In this document: piece by piece, positions 15,030 through 26,378 of the stretch
Layout: the number at the start of each line of letters is the position of its first letter
How positions within the stretch are numbered: the first letter of the stretch is position 1
NCBI GenBank assembly: GCA_902583445.1
Contig: CACHVZ010000002.1
Location: forward strand, 82,191-146,190
Direction of reading: 5' to 3'
Length of the DNA: 64,000 nucleotides
Origin: an uncultured Bacteroidota bacterium
Lineage (GTDB): Bacteria; Bacteroidota; Bacteroidia; Flavobacteriales; Flavobacteriaceae
The notes under the pieces: generated by a model
What the model saw: the letters and a program-made list of their open reading frames with translations, nothing else
What the model was told of the DNA's origin: nothing
The model's database searches: none
Program-made: the position numbers and the translations under genes

Positions 15030-16814
15030 ATGAAAAAATCTGATAAAAGAATTATTAATAGAATGAACATTGTGTTCTTCTTATTTCTTTTGTTTTCTTT
15101 TTTTGTTATTGGAAAGATATTCTACTTACAAAATACTCATGAACAAAATCCCTCTGTATTAATTGAAACTATAAAAAATGTTGAAGTAGAGTCTTCTAGA
15201 GGAAATATCTATTCTGAAAATGGTGATTTAATAGTGTCAACAGTTACTATGTACGAATTGAGATGGGACTCAAAAATTCCAAGTAAAAATCTTTATAATT
15301 CAGGTTTAGATGACTTGTCAATTAATTTATCAAATTTCTTCAATAAAGAAAAAGACTATTTCAAAGATTATCTGAATAAGGCTAGAATTAACAATAATAG
15401 ATATTTATTAATTGGAAGAAACCTGTCCATTTCAGATGTGAATCTTATTAAATCTTTTCCAATTTTTAATCAAGGTCTATATAAAGGAGGCTTAATAATT
15501 AATGAAAGCCATTCTAGACAAAGTCATCTAGGTAAAATAGCTGAAAGAACTATTGGATATGAAAAAGTCGATAGATCTGGAAATTACATTAGAGTTGGTT
15601 TAGAAGGAGCATACTCTGATTTTCTGTCTGGTAAAAGTGGACTAAGACTAATGCAAAAAATTGCTGATGGACAATGGAAGCCAATGACTTCTTATTATGA
15701 ACGAGATCCTGTTCAAGGGTATGATATTCATACAACAATAGATACTGAAATACAGGATATTGTTCACCATGAACTGCTATATCAGTTAGAAAATTTTGAA
15801 GCCGATCATGGAACAATGATTGTAATGGAAACCAAAACAGGTAAAATTAAAGCTATATCCAATCTTGGTGTAAACCAAGATGGTAAATATTATGAAAGAT
15901 TAAATTATGCTGTGGGTGAAAGTCATGAGCCAGGATCTACATTCAAACTAATGACTATGATTGCTGCTTTAGAGGACGGATTGATTAAACCCACTGATTC
16001 AGTTGATACAGAAAATGGAATCTTAAAGTTTTATAATAAATACGAAGTAAAAGATTCAAATAGAAGGGGTTATGGAAAGATTACAGCTGCAAGAGCATTT
16101 GAAGTATCATCTAATACTGGAATAGTTAAGCTTATATATGATAATTATAAAGATAATCCTGAAAGGATTGTTGATAGGCTTATTAATATGAAAATTGATA
16201 AAAAAATTGGAGTTGATATTCTAGGTGAGGGTGAGCCAAAGATTCCTCATCCATCAGATGATACTTGGAATGGAATATCTCTTCCATGGATGGCCTTTGG
16301 TTATGGTGTTAGTCTAACACCTTTGCAACAACTTACTTTCTACAATGCTGTAGCTAATAATGGAGAAATGGTTAAACCAAGTTTCATAAATAGTATTGGA
16401 TCAATTGGAGAAAAACCAATTTATCAAATAGATAGAGAGATTATTATGCCTTCAATTTCTTCAAGAGAAACACTAAAATCAGTTAAGAAGATGCTGCTAA
16501 ATGTTGTTGAAAAGCCATGGGGTACCGCAAATAACATATATGATAAAGACCTAAAAATTGCTGGTAAAACAGGAACAGCTCAAGTTGACTACACTAAAGA
16601 TGAAACTCAATATATATCAAGTTTTGTTGGTTATTTTCCTGCAGATGACCCCAAGTACTCATCAATTGTTGTCATTCATAAACCAAAAAAATCTGAAGGT
16701 TATTATGGTAATACTGTAGCTGCTCCGGTATTTAAAAAAGTAGCAAAAAAAATTATGAATAATATTCCAATTGAGATTGAGATTAATACAAATAAACTTA
16801 CTGTAGTGTTTTGA
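15030..16814 (+). CDS. ftsI: Peptidoglycan D,D-transpeptidase (PBP3-type)
   Basis: 594 aa with an N-terminal TM segment and the motifs STFK, SSN and KTGT. Confidence 0.85.
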   Translation: MKKSDKRIINRMNIVFFLFLLFSFFVIGKIFYLQNTHEQNPSVLIETIKNVEVESSRGNIYSENGDLIVSTVTMYELRWDSKIPSKNLYNSGLDDLSINLSNFFNKEKDYFKDYLNKARINNNRYLLIGRNLSISDVNLIKSFPIFNQGLYKGGLIINESHSRQSHLGKIAERTIGYEKVDRSGNYIRVGLEGAYSDFLSGKSGLRLMQKIADGQWKPMTSYYERDPVQGYDIHTTIDTEIQDIVHHELLYQLENFEADHGTMIVMETKTGKIKAISNLGVNQDGKYYERLNYAVGESHEPGSTFKLMTMIAALEDGLIKPTDSVDTENGILKFYNKYEVKDSNRRGYGKITAARAFEVSSNTGIVKLIYDNYKDNPERIVDRLINMKIDKKIGVDILGEGEPKIPHPSDDTWNGISLPWMAFGYGVSLTPLQQLTFYNAVANNGEMVKPSFINSIGSIGEKPIYQIDREIIMPSISSRETLKSVKKMLLNVVEKPWGTANNIYDKDLKIAGKTGTAQVDYTKDETQYISSFVGYFPADDPKYSSIVVIHKPKKSEGYYGNTVAAPVFKKVAKKIMNNIPIEIEINTNKLTVVF

Positions 16815-18268
16815 AAGAATTAAAAGAAATATTGTTTGGTGTAAATATTGATTCAGTTTATGGTGATACAAATCTTAGTATCTCAGGAATTTCTTTTGAT
16901 TCAAGACAGATTAAACAAAATAATATATTCATTGCCATTAAAGGATATGACTTAGATGGTCATAATTATATAGATCAATCAATAAATAATGGAGCAATAG
17001 TAGTTGTCTGTGAATCGCTTCCAAAAACAATCAATAAATATGAAATTGTATTCATTAAGGTTAAATGTTCGAAAATAGCACTTTATACAATTTCTTCTAA
17101 TTTATATGGTAATCCTTCTTCAAAAATAGACTTAATAGGAGTCACAGGAACTAACGGTAAAACTACTATAACTTCACTGCTATACAAGCTTTTCAATAAT
17201 CAAGGAATTAAATCAGGTCTAATATCAACTATAAATATTGAATATGAAGAATTTACTGAAAATTCAAAAAATACAACTCCTGATCCTATTTTATTAAATC
17301 ACCATCTAAACGAAATGGTAAAAAGGAACATCAAGGTATGTTTCATTGAAGTTTCATCTCATGGAATTAAACAAAAAAGAGTTTTTGGTAAAGATTTTAA
17401 AGGAATTGTTTTTACAAACTTAACACATGATCATATTGACTACCACAAGACATTTAAAGACTATAGAGATACTAAAAAAGAGGTTTTTGACACTCTTAAT
17501 AAAAAATCGTTTGCATTAATAAATATTGATGATAAGAATGGGAAATTCATGACTCAAAATTCTTCTGCAAGAGTTTATACATATTCACTTAAGTCTAAGT
17601 CAAATTTTTCATGCAGAATAGTTGAACAACAACTTAATGGAATGTTGCTAAATATGGAAAATAGTGAAATCTGGACAAAATTAATAGGTGAGTTTAATGC
17701 TTATAATTTATTAGCAATTTATTCAGTTGGCAAAATTTATGAGATAGATTCATTAAATCTATTAACTAATATTAGTGAGCTTAATAGTGTACAAGGAAGA
17801 CTTCAATCCTTTCTATCAAATAGTAATGTTACGGTAATAATTGATTATGCTCATACACCAGATGCAGTTGAAAATGTATTATCTACAATTAATAAGATTA
17901 AGAAATCTAATCAAAACTTAATTACGGTAATTGGATGTGGTGGAGATAGAGACAAAGCTAAAAGGTCAATGATTGGAAAGATATGTTCAGACCTTAGTTA
18001 TAAAGTAATTTTTACATCTGATAATCCTAGATCAGAGAATCCAGAATCAATAATTAAAGATATAGTTTCAGGAGTATCAAACTACAACAATAATAAAATT
18101 TTGGTTCAGATTGAAAGGTCAAAGGCTATTGAAGAAGCAAAAAAAAATAGTGAGGAAGGAGATATAGTTCTTATTGCAGGAAAAGGACATGAAGACTATC
18201 AAATATTGAAAAATAAAGTAATCAAGTTTGATGATTTTAAAATAGCCAAAAAAATTTTTAATAAGTAA
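16811..18268 (+). CDS. murE: UDP-N-acetylmuramoyl-tripeptide synthetase
   Basis: 485 aa with [10 protein letters not shown] and DNPRSE. The TTG start lies in a TTGA overlap with the ftsI stop. Confidence 0.9.
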   Translation: MKELKEILFGVNIDSVYGDTNLSISGISFDSRQIKQNNIFIAIKGYDLDGHNYIDQSINNGAIVVVCESLPKTINKYEIVFIKVKCSKIALYTISSNLYGNPSSKIDLIGVTGTNGKTTITSLLYKLFNNQGIKSGLISTINIEYEEFTENSKNTTPDPILLNHHLNEMVKRNIKVCFIEVSSHGIKQKRVFGKDFKGIVFTNLTHDHIDYHKTFKDYRDTKKEVFDTLNKKSFALINIDDKNGKFMTQNSSARVYTYSLKSKSNFSCRIVEQQLNGMLLNMENSEIWTKLIGEFNAYNLLAIYSVGKIYEIDSLNLLTNISELNSVQGRLQSFLSNSNVTVIIDYAHTPDAVENVLSTINKIKKSNQNLITVIGCGGDRDKAKRSMIGKICSDLSYKVIFTSDNPRSENPESIIKDIVSGVSNYNNNKILVQIERSKAIEEAKKNSEEGDIVLIAGKGHEDYQILKNKVIKFDDFKIAKKIFNK

Positions 18269-18270
18269 GT

Positions 18271-19482
18271 ATGTTATATTATCTATTTGAATTTCTTGAA
18301 ACACAATATAACCTTCCTGGAGCAGGCCTATTTGATTATTTGTCATTTAGGGCAGCCGTCTCGGTAATTATTTCACTAATAATATCTGTTGTCTTTGGTA
18401 AAAGAATAATTGAATATTTAAGAAAAAGACAAATAGGCGAGAATGTTAGAAAATTAGGTTTAGAGGGAGAAGAAAAAAAATCAGGTACACCAACAATGGG
18501 TGGACTAATAATAATTATAGCAACTATAATTCCTGTATTATTAATGTCCAACCTTGAAAATATATATATAAAAATATTACTGATATCAACAATTATACTT
18601 GGAATTATAGGTTTTATTGATGATTACATAAAGGTCTTTAGAAAAGACAAAAAAGGTCTCAAAGGAAAATTCAAAATTGCTGGTCAAACTATTCTAGGAA
18701 TTTTTGTTGGAATTATTTTATTGACAAGTAACGATATAACTATAGTTGAGTTTTCTTCCTTAAGTGACATTGAAAGTATTGAAAATTTTCAATCCAATGA
18801 GATTAAATCATTTAAAACAACTATTCCATTTTTTAAAAATAATGAGCTAGACTATGCCCTTATTTCTAATGCTATTTTTAATAATGAAAATATGTTATGG
18901 CTAATTCTTATTCCAATAATAATATTTATCGTAACTGCAGTTTCAAATTCAAACAATCTTACAGATGGTCTTGATGGACTTTCAGCCGGAACTTCTGCAA
19001 TTATAGTTTTTACTCTTGGAGTTTTTGCATGGACTTCAGGTAATATAATTTTTTCAAATTATTTGAATATTATGTACATACCTAGAGTAGGAGAAATTAC
19101 AATCTTTATAGCTTCTCTTCTAGGATCTTTAGTTGGATTTCTCTGGTATAATACATATCCTGCTTCGATTTTTATGGGTGATACAGGAAGTCTTACTGTT
19201 GGCGGTCTAATTGCAGTTATTTCAATATTAATTAGAAAAGAACTAATGATTCCTCTTCTTTGTGGTGTATTCTTAATTGAAGCTATTTCAGTGATTTTAC
19301 AAGTAGGGTATTTTAAAATAACTAAAAAAAGATTAGGTCATGGTAAGAGGATTTTTCTTATGTCTCCAATTCATCATCATTATCAAAAGTCAGGGTATCA
19401 CGAAAGTAAAATTGTTTCAAGATTTTGGATAATTGGAATTTTTTTAGCCCTATTAACAATATTAACACTTAAGATTAGATGA
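18271..19482 (+). CDS. mraY: Phospho-N-acetylmuramoyl-pentapeptide transferase
   Basis: 403 aa, polytopic, with NLTDGLDGL and MGDTGS. Confidence 0.9.
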   Translation: MLYYLFEFLETQYNLPGAGLFDYLSFRAAVSVIISLIISVVFGKRIIEYLRKRQIGENVRKLGLEGEEKKSGTPTMGGLIIIIATIIPVLLMSNLENIYIKILLISTIILGIIGFIDDYIKVFRKDKKGLKGKFKIAGQTILGIFVGIILLTSNDITIVEFSSLSDIESIENFQSNEIKSFKTTIPFFKNNELDYALISNAIFNNENMLWLILIPIIIFIVTAVSNSNNLTDGLDGLSAGTSAIIVFTLGVFAWTSGNIIFSNYLNIMYIPRVGEITIFIASLLGSLVGFLWYNTYPASIFMGDTGSLTVGGLIAVISILIRKELMIPLLCGVFLIEAISVILQVGYFKITKKRLGHGKRIFLMSPIHHHYQKSGYHESKIVSRFWIIGIFLALLTILTLKIR

Positions 19483-20810
19483 TAAAAAATTTAACAATAC
19501 TTGGTGCTGGAGAAAGCGGATTTGGGGCAGCAATGTTAGCTTCAAAAAAAGGTTATAATGTTTTTGTATCAGATCTTAATCAAATAGATGATAATATAAA
19601 ATTAATTTTTGAAAATTACTCAATTGAATATGAGGAAAATAAACATTCAATTGATAAAATTCAATCTTCAGATTTAATAATTAAAAGTCCTGGAATACCA
19701 AATTCAGCAGATATAATCATTAAAATCAAATCCCTGGAAATTCCTATAATCTCTGAAATTGAATTTGCAAGCAATAACTCTGATTCATTTAAAATATGTA
19801 TAACTGGCACAAATGGGAAAACTACAACTACTAATCTAATTTATAATATTCTAAAAGCTGCAGGTCTTAGTGTAGGCATTGCAGGAAATGTTGGTGATAG
19901 TTTCTCCAAAATGTTGCTTTCAGGAGATAAAGACATATATGTACTAGAGGTAAGTAGCTTTCAATTAGATGATATTAAAGACTTTAAACCAAATATATCA
20001 GTGATTACTAATGTGCTAGAAGATCATCTAGATAGGTATGATTTCGATTTTAGTAAATACATAGACGCAAAAATGAAAATTATCTCAAATCAAGATAACT
20101 CTGACTATTTGATCTATAACTCTGATGATAAACAATTGGTTGATGCATTAGATAATGAGAAGTCAAAAGTAAAAAGAATTTCATATGGTGTTGAAAATCA
20201 AAATAAAAACTTAATAAATAATAATAAAAATATTCTGTCAAACAAAAAAAAAACAATTATGATAAATACAGAAGAACTTGCATTAAAAGGAAGGCACAAT
20301 TTACTTAATGCTATGGCTGCACTATCAGTTTCAGATTTATTAAAAATTGAAAATGAAATAATAAGAGAAAGTTTATTGGGTTTTTCAGGACTTCCTCACA
20401 GATTAGAAAAATTTTTAAAAATACAAGGGGTTAATTATATAAATGACTCTAAAGCAACTAATGTAAATGCAGCATATTTTGCTTTAGATTCAATGAATTC
20501 TCCAACTGTATGGATTGTAGGAGGAGTAGATAAAGGAAATGACTACTCTGAGTTATTACCAATTGTTAGAGAAAAAGTTAAGGCAATAATATGTTTAGGA
20601 ATTGATAATACAAAATTGTTAGAGACATTTAAGCCAATATCTGAAATAATTGTAGAAACTGAGTCAATAGATGAAGCAGTTAAGATTGCAAGTAAAATTG
20701 CTGAAAAAAAGGATAATGTTCTTCTATCTCCTGCATGTGCAAGTTTTGATTTATTTGAAAGTTATGAGGACAGAGGAAACCAATTTAAGCAAGCAGTAAG
20801 AAACTTATAA
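19479..20810 (+). CDS. murD: UDP-N-acetylmuramoylalanine--D-glutamate ligase
   Basis: 443 aa with GTNGKTTT and an ATGA overlap with mraY. Confidence 0.9.
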   Translation: MIKNLTILGAGESGFGAAMLASKKGYNVFVSDLNQIDDNIKLIFENYSIEYEENKHSIDKIQSSDLIIKSPGIPNSADIIIKIKSLEIPIISEIEFASNNSDSFKICITGTNGKTTTTNLIYNILKAAGLSVGIAGNVGDSFSKMLLSGDKDIYVLEVSSFQLDDIKDFKPNISVITNVLEDHLDRYDFDFSKYIDAKMKIISNQDNSDYLIYNSDDKQLVDALDNEKSKVKRISYGVENQNKNLINNNKNILSNKKKTIMINTEELALKGRHNLLNAMAALSVSDLLKIENEIIRESLLGFSGLPHRLEKFLKIQGVNYINDSKATNVNAAYFALDSMNSPTVWIVGGVDKGNDYSELLPIVREKVKAIICLGIDNTKLLETFKPISEIIVETESIDEAVKIASKIAEKKDNVLLSPACASFDLFESYEDRGNQFKQAVRNL

Positions 20811-21956
20811 ATGAGTTTAAAAAATATAGTTTTTGGGGATAGAGTTTTACTAGTAATTATAATATTACTTTCGTTATTCTCTTTTTTTCCAGTTTTCTCC
20901 TCTAGTTCATACTTATCATATGTTATAGATGGATCTTCACCACTATATTATTTAATTAAGCATTTCATAGTATTACTATTTGGATTTGCTTTAATGTTTT
21001 CAATAAAATTAATCCCTTATAATTTATATAAAGGAATGTCTATAATTCTTATGCCAATTGGAGTACTGCTTTTAGCTTATACATTATCTAAAGGTACGAT
21101 AATTGCAGGTTCTGCTGCAAGCAGATGGATAGATATACCAATAGTTGGAATTAGTTTTCAAACCTCTTCATTAGCTGCAGTTATTATTATTACTTATGTT
21201 GCTAGGTATCTTTCAAAAGTAGATTTAAAAAAAATAAAATTCAAACAAACAATTTTACCACTATGGTTTCCTGTTTTTCTCTATATTTTATTGATACTTC
21301 CATCGAATCTATCTTCAGCATTTCTAATATTTTCCTCAATAATTCTAATATTGTTTATCTCGGGATTTCCTTTTAGACATATGGTTAAAATATTTTTAAT
21401 ATTGATGCTACTTCTTTCAAGCTTTTACCTTTTAGCTAAAACTTTTCCTGATCAATTCCCTAATAGAATTGATACATGGATTAGTAGAGTTGAAAATTTT
21501 AATTCTACTCAAAACCTAGATGCGAGTTATCAGATTGAAAGAGCAAAAATGGCAATCAATAATGGAGGATTAATTGGAGTAGGAGCAGGAAAAAGTATAA
21601 TGAAAAATCACCTTCCACAAAGTAACTCAGATTTTATTTTTGCAATAATTGTTGAGGAGTTTGGTATAATAGGAGGATCTGTAATTATTCTGTTGTATGT
21701 ACTTATGTTTTTTAGGATACTTATTATAACTCATAAGGCTGATGATAAGTTTGGCAAAATTCTAGTTTCAGGTTTAGGAATTTTGATTTTAATTCAAGCT
21801 TTTACTAATATCTCAGTTGCAACTCAAATAATCCCTGTAACAGGTCAAAATTTACCTTTAATAAGTAGTGGAGGTTCCTCGGCTTGGATGACATGTATAT
21901 CTTTAGGAATGATTTTAAGTGTTAGTTCTTCGATTAAAAAAAAGAAAATTGGTTAG
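20811..21956 (+). CDS. ftsW: SEDS-family peptidoglycan polymerase FtsW
   Basis: 381 aa, polytopic, in the expected dcw position. Confidence 0.85.
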   Translation: MSLKNIVFGDRVLLVIIILLSLFSFFPVFSSSSYLSYVIDGSSPLYYLIKHFIVLLFGFALMFSIKLIPYNLYKGMSIILMPIGVLLLAYTLSKGTIIAGSAASRWIDIPIVGISFQTSSLAAVIIITYVARYLSKVDLKKIKFKQTILPLWFPVFLYILLILPSNLSSAFLIFSSIILILFISGFPFRHMVKIFLILMLLLSSFYLLAKTFPDQFPNRIDTWISRVENFNSTQNLDASYQIERAKMAINNGGLIGVGAGKSIMKNHLPQSNSDFIFAIIVEEFGIIGGSVIILLYVLMFFRILIITHKADDKFGKILVSGLGILILIQAFTNISVATQIIPVTGQNLPLISSGGSSAWMTCISLGMILSVSSSIKKKKIG

Positions 21957-23046
21957 AAAAAATAAGTTTATAATATCCGGAGGAGGAACAGGAGGTCACA
22001 TTTATCCTGCAATATCTATTGCTAATATGATAATGAAATCAATTCCAAATTCTGAAGTAAGATTTGTAGGTGCTATTGGTAAGATGGAAATGAAAATTAT
22101 TCCAAAACATGGTTTTAAAATTAAGGGATTATGGATTAGTGGTCTTCAGAGATCACTTTCTATTAAAAATATTTTAGTTCCATTTAAGTTAATTGTTAGC
22201 TTAATTCAGTCCTTAATTGAGCTATTAATCTTTAAACCAAAATTTGTAATTGGAACAGGAGGATATGCTAGCTTCCCAATGCTATTTATTTCATCTCTAT
22301 TTAAAGTTCCAACTTTAATTCAAGAACAAAACTCATTACCAGGAATTTCAAATAAACTTCTATCTAGATATGCAGATTATATTTCTGTTGCTTATGAAAA
22401 AATGGATAAATACTTCCCAAGTAATAAAATTTATTTAACAGGTAATCCAATTAGGGAATCAATTACAAAAAAAATAAATATTAGTCAATATAAAAAAACA
22501 AATAATATTACAGATGATATATTGGTATTAACTGTTCTAGGGGGAAGTCTAGGTGCAGAAAGGATAAATAGAATCATTGAAGATAATATTGAGTTTATAA
22601 AGTCTAAAAATGTATATCTTATATGGCAATGTGGTAGTATTTACTTTGAGAATTATAAACATTTTAATTCTGACTTTATAAAGATTATTGATTTTATAGA
22701 TGATATAGATTCTGTATATCAGATTTCTGACATTATTATTGCAAGAAGTGGAGCATTAACTTTATCTGAATTAGCTGTTGTAGGAAAACCGTCCATTTTA
22801 ATACCATCTCCAAATGTTGCAGAGAATCATCAATTTTTAAATGCTAAAACAATAGAGGAAAAGGATGCGTGTATTTGTATAGAGGAAAAGGAGTTGGAAT
22901 TAATATTTAAAAATAAACTTGATTTACTCATAAATGATGAAAATCTAAGAAATGAACTGTCAAGAAATATCTCTAGAATGGGACTTCCATATGCTTCTAG
23001 TGATATAGTTGAAATAATTAAAAAACATTTTAACGATGAGCCATAA
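21919..23046 (+). CDS. murG: UDP-GlcNAc:undecaprenyl-PP-MurNAc-pentapeptide GlcNAc transferase
   Basis: 375 aa with GGGTGGH. The start is uncertain: either the GTG at 21919 (38-nt overlap with ftsW) or the in-frame TTG at 21949. Confidence 0.9.
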   Translation: MLVLRLKKRKLVRKNKFIISGGGTGGHIYPAISIANMIMKSIPNSEVRFVGAIGKMEMKIIPKHGFKIKGLWISGLQRSLSIKNILVPFKLIVSLIQSLIELLIFKPKFVIGTGGYASFPMLFISSLFKVPTLIQEQNSLPGISNKLLSRYADYISVAYEKMDKYFPSNKIYLTGNPIRESITKKINISQYKKTNNITDDILVLTVLGGSLGAERINRIIEDNIEFIKSKNVYLIWQCGSIYFENYKHFNSDFIKIIDFIDDIDSVYQISDIIIARSGALTLSELAVVGKPSILIPSPNVAENHQFLNAKTIEEKDACICIEEKELELIFKNKLDLLINDENLRNELSRNISRMGLPYASSDIVEIIKKHFNDEP

Positions 23047-24367
23047 TAAGTATTTTTTTATTGGAGTTGGAGGAATTGGAATGTCTTCTATAGCAAATTA
23101 TCTTATTGATACTAAGAATATTGTTTTTGGATATGATAGATCATCGAATAAACTAGTTGATAAGTTAATAGATAATGGGCTTAAGTTTACCGATAAATTA
23201 GATATAGATCTAGTACCTAAGGAATTCCTTGATAATAATGTTATTGTTGTATATACTCCTGCGATAAAAAATGATAATGTGTTTCTTAATTATTTTTCAA
23301 ATAAGAAAAGAAATAAAATTTTTAAAAGATCTGAAATATTAGGTCAAATATCAGCAAATTCAAAATGTATAGCAGTTGCTGGAACTCATGGCAAAACATC
23401 AACTACTGCTATCTTAAGTCATTTATTATACTCTAATCAAGTTAAATTTAGATCATTTGTTGGCGGAATAATGAAAGGATTTGATTCTAATTACATATCT
23501 ACTGGTGATGAATATGTTATTATTGAAGCAGATGAGTATGACAGGTCTTTTCTTGCTCTAGATCCGGACTACTCTCTAATAACTTCTATTGAAAAAGACC
23601 ATCTTGATGTTTATGATGACTTAGAATCAATTCTTACAAGCTTTGGGATTTTCTGTGATAAAACAAAAAAATCTGTAATAGCAGAAAAAGGCATTAATGT
23701 TAAAAAAGATTTCTCGTTTTCAATAGATGAAGATGCAGATTACTCTGTTGATATCATAAAAAACAACTTTAATGGAATTCATTTTAATTTTAAAACTCCA
23801 AATAATTTAATTTCAAACATTCATGCAAGAGTAATAGGAAAACATAACTTAAAAAATGTTATTTCAGCTTTAGCATTAATTGATCAAATCGAAAATTTCA
23901 ATTTAGAAGAATTCATACCATATCTATCTGAATTTAAGGGTATTGAAAGAAGAATGAATATTTATAAATATGAAGATAAGGTAATTGTAGATGACTATGC
24001 TCATCATCCTACCGAAATAAAATCAATTTTTGATACAATAGATTCTAATTATCAAGACAAGACTAAAGCAGTTATTTTTCAACCTCACTTATATACCAGA
24101 ACAAGGGATTTAATGGATGATTTTGCTAAAGTTTTATCTTATTTTCATGAAGTATATCTTTTAGATATATATCCTGCAAGAGAGAAGCCGATTAATGGAA
24201 TAACTTCAGAAGTTTTACTGAATAAAATAGATGCATCAAAAAAAGAAATTGTTAAAAAGGTTGAAATCAATGATGTAATAAATAATACTAATTGCAAAAC
24301 AATTGCAATTCTTGGTGCAGGTGACTTAACTGTTAATCTAAATAAAAAAATATTTACTAATGAATAG
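23036..24367 (+). CDS. murC: UDP-N-acetylmuramate--L-alanine ligase
   Basis: 443 aa with GIGGIGMS and GTHGKTST. Confidence 0.9.
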   Translation: MSHNKYFFIGVGGIGMSSIANYLIDTKNIVFGYDRSSNKLVDKLIDNGLKFTDKLDIDLVPKEFLDNNVIVVYTPAIKNDNVFLNYFSNKKRNKIFKRSEILGQISANSKCIAVAGTHGKTSTTAILSHLLYSNQVKFRSFVGGIMKGFDSNYISTGDEYVIIEADEYDRSFLALDPDYSLITSIEKDHLDVYDDLESILTSFGIFCDKTKKSVIAEKGINVKKDFSFSIDEDADYSVDIIKNNFNGIHFNFKTPNNLISNIHARVIGKHNLKNVISALALIDQIENFNLEEFIPYLSEFKGIERRMNIYKYEDKVIVDDYAHHPTEIKSIFDTIDSNYQDKTKAVIFQPHLYTRTRDLMDDFAKVLSYFHEVYLLDIYPAREKPINGITSEVLLNKIDASKKEIVKKVEINDVINNTNCKTIAILGAGDLTVNLNKKIFTNE

Positions 24368-25055
24368 ATTTTTAACTACAGTTTTCATGCTATCACTAAT
24401 ATCATTTATGATATTATTAAGCTCATTTATTGAATATGAAAATCATGAATCAAATACAGAATACAACGTTTATTATGCTTTTGATAACCTATATAATAAT
24501 AAGGCAACAATCGATAGTATTATGACAAATAAATCAAATATTGAACTAATAAAGGCAAATAAATTAAATGAGATTGAGTCAAAATTACATGAAATAGAAT
24601 CTATACATGAAGCTAATATATTCAGAGATTTTAATTTCAATCTCTCAATAAATATTGTAGAAAGAGTTCCTTTAGCTTATTATGAAAAAAATGATTCATA
24701 TATAGATCTATCAGGAAAAATTATAAAAAGAAATAAAGAATTAGATTATAAATTGCCAATATTATCAGGAGATACCTCAAAAAATAATATAAAAATAGTA
24801 GTAGATGTTATTAAGGCATTCAATGAAGATGTTTTCTTAAACAGAGAATTAGAAAGGATATGGTTTAATGAAGATGAACTTTTTTTGAAGTTAAATAGCT
24901 TTCAATTTGATATAAGGTTTGGAGATAACAATAAAATGAATAAAAAATTAGAAATGTTAAAAGGATTCTGCTTATATAATATGGAGAATAAGGGAAATGA
25001 AATTTATAAGCAGATTGATTTAGTATATGATAACCAATTAATAGCAATTAAATAA
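24360..25055 (+). CDS. ftsQ: Cell division protein FtsQ (TM plus POTRA-like)
   Basis: 231 aa with an N-terminal TM segment. It sits between murC and ftsA. Confidence 0.6.
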   Translation: MNRFLTTVFMLSLISFMILLSSFIEYENHESNTEYNVYYAFDNLYNNKATIDSIMTNKSNIELIKANKLNEIESKLHEIESIHEANIFRDFNFNLSINIVERVPLAYYEKNDSYIDLSGKIIKRNKELDYKLPILSGDTSKNNIKIVVDVIKAFNEDVFLNRELERIWFNEDELFLKLNSFQFDIRFGDNNKMNKKLEMLKGFCLYNMENKGNEIYKQIDLVYDNQLIAIK

Positions 25056-25062
25056 TAAATTC

Positions 25063-26352
25063 ATGAATAATAAATTTTCAGTAGGTCTTGATATTGGTAC
25101 AACAAAAATTGTAGCAATGGTTGGAGAAAAAAATCAGTTTAATAAAATTAAGGTTCTTGGTGTAGGGAAATCTCAAAGTCTGGGAGTCCACAGGGGAGTT
25201 GTTAATAATATTACACAAACTATTCAATCAATTAAAATTGCTATAGATGAAGCTCAATCTAAATCAGGTATAGAAATAAAAGATGTCGCAGTTGGTATTG
25301 CAGGTCAACATATCAGAAGTCTTCAACATAGTGATTATATAACTAGAGAAAATCCAGATGAGGTAATTAATAATGACGATATAGATAAATTAATTGATCA
25401 AGTATATAAATTAGTTATGTTGCCTGGTGAAGAAATTATTCATGTTCTACCTCAGGATTTTAAGGTTGATGGTCAATCTGAAATTAAAGAGCCTATAGGT
25501 ATGTATGGAAGTAGGCTAGAGGCTAATTTTCATATTGTAGTTGGACAAGTATCATCAATTAGAAATATTGGTAAGTGTATTAAAAGTTCAGGATTAGAGA
25601 TGGGAGATATAACTTTAGAACCATTAGCCTCTTCTGATGCTGTTCTTTCTTTTGAAGAAAAAGATGCAGGAGTTGCTTTAATAGATATTGGTGGTGGAAC
25701 TACAGATGTAGCAATTTTTAAAGATGGTATTATAAAACATACTGCAGTTATACCTTTTGGTGGAAATGTAATTACTGAGGATATCAAGGAAGGATGCTCA
25801 ATAATTGGTAATCAAGCAGAACAATTAAAAATAAAGTTTGGATCTGCATGGCCTGGAGAAAATAAAGATTCAGATATAGTATCAATTCCTGGAATTAGGG
25901 GGAGAGATCCAAAAGAAATATCACTTAAAACATTATCTAAAATTATCAATGCAAGAGTTGTAGAGATAATTGAGCAGGCTTATTTAGAGATTAAGAATTA
26001 TGGTCATGAAGATTCAAAAAAGAAACTTATTGCAGGAATTGTTTTAACTGGAGGAGGTAGTCAGTTAAGACACCTTAAACAACTGGTTGAATATATAACC
26101 GGTATGGATACAAGAATAGGTTATCCAGGAGAACACCTCTCTGGAGACTCAAATGAGTTCAATCCAATTTATTCTACAGCTGTTGGACTATTAATGAAAG
26201 CAATAGAGAATAATTCTGAAAACTTAACTAGTGATATTTCTAATTCTACTGGAAATGATCTAGTGAATCAAGAAAGAAAGACAATTCTATCTAAGTGGGG
26301 AGAAGGTTTTAAAAAATTTATAGATAACGTGGACAATACATACGATAATTAA
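25063..26352 (+). CDS. ftsA: Cell division protein FtsA
   Basis: 429 aa, actin-like, with DIGTTK and DIGGGTTD. The C-terminus has an amphipathic helix, ILSKWGEGFKKFI. Confidence 0.9.
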   Translation: MNNKFSVGLDIGTTKIVAMVGEKNQFNKIKVLGVGKSQSLGVHRGVVNNITQTIQSIKIAIDEAQSKSGIEIKDVAVGIAGQHIRSLQHSDYITRENPDEVINNDDIDKLIDQVYKLVMLPGEEIIHVLPQDFKVDGQSEIKEPIGMYGSRLEANFHIVVGQVSSIRNIGKCIKSSGLEMGDITLEPLASSDAVLSFEEKDAGVALIDIGGGTTDVAIFKDGIIKHTAVIPFGGNVITEDIKEGCSIIGNQAEQLKIKFGSAWPGENKDSDIVSIPGIRGRDPKEISLKTLSKIINARVVEIIEQAYLEIKNYGHEDSKKKLIAGIVLTGGGSQLRHLKQLVEYITGMDTRIGYPGEHLSGDSNEFNPIYSTAVGLLMKAIENNSENLTSDISNSTGNDLVNQERKTILSKWGEGFKKFIDNVDNTYDN

Positions 26353-26378
26353 CAAAAATTAAAAAAAATAGAATAGAT

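Noticed and set aside
15589-18551. ORFs 15589..15816, 16662..16871, 18119..18346 and 18336..18551 (all minus) within the dcw cluster
   Set aside because: They are antisense to ftsI, murE and mraY, which have strong motif support. Their products are hydrophobic or low-complexity.
20244-20253. A10 run inside murD as a phase-variation or frameshift site
   Set aside because: It encodes Lys-Lys-Lys within an intact essential gene. Such runs are common in this AT-rich genome, and there is no alternative frame with coding potential.
21919-21956. 38-nt ftsW/murG overlap as programmed frameshifting or a gene fusion
   Set aside because: Both frames are complete. An in-frame TTG at 21949 gives a conventional short overlap and an N-terminus just ahead of the GGGTGGH motif.
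24865-25787. ORFs 24865..25047 (-) and 25530..25787 (-)
   Set aside because: They are antisense shadows of ftsQ and ftsA.
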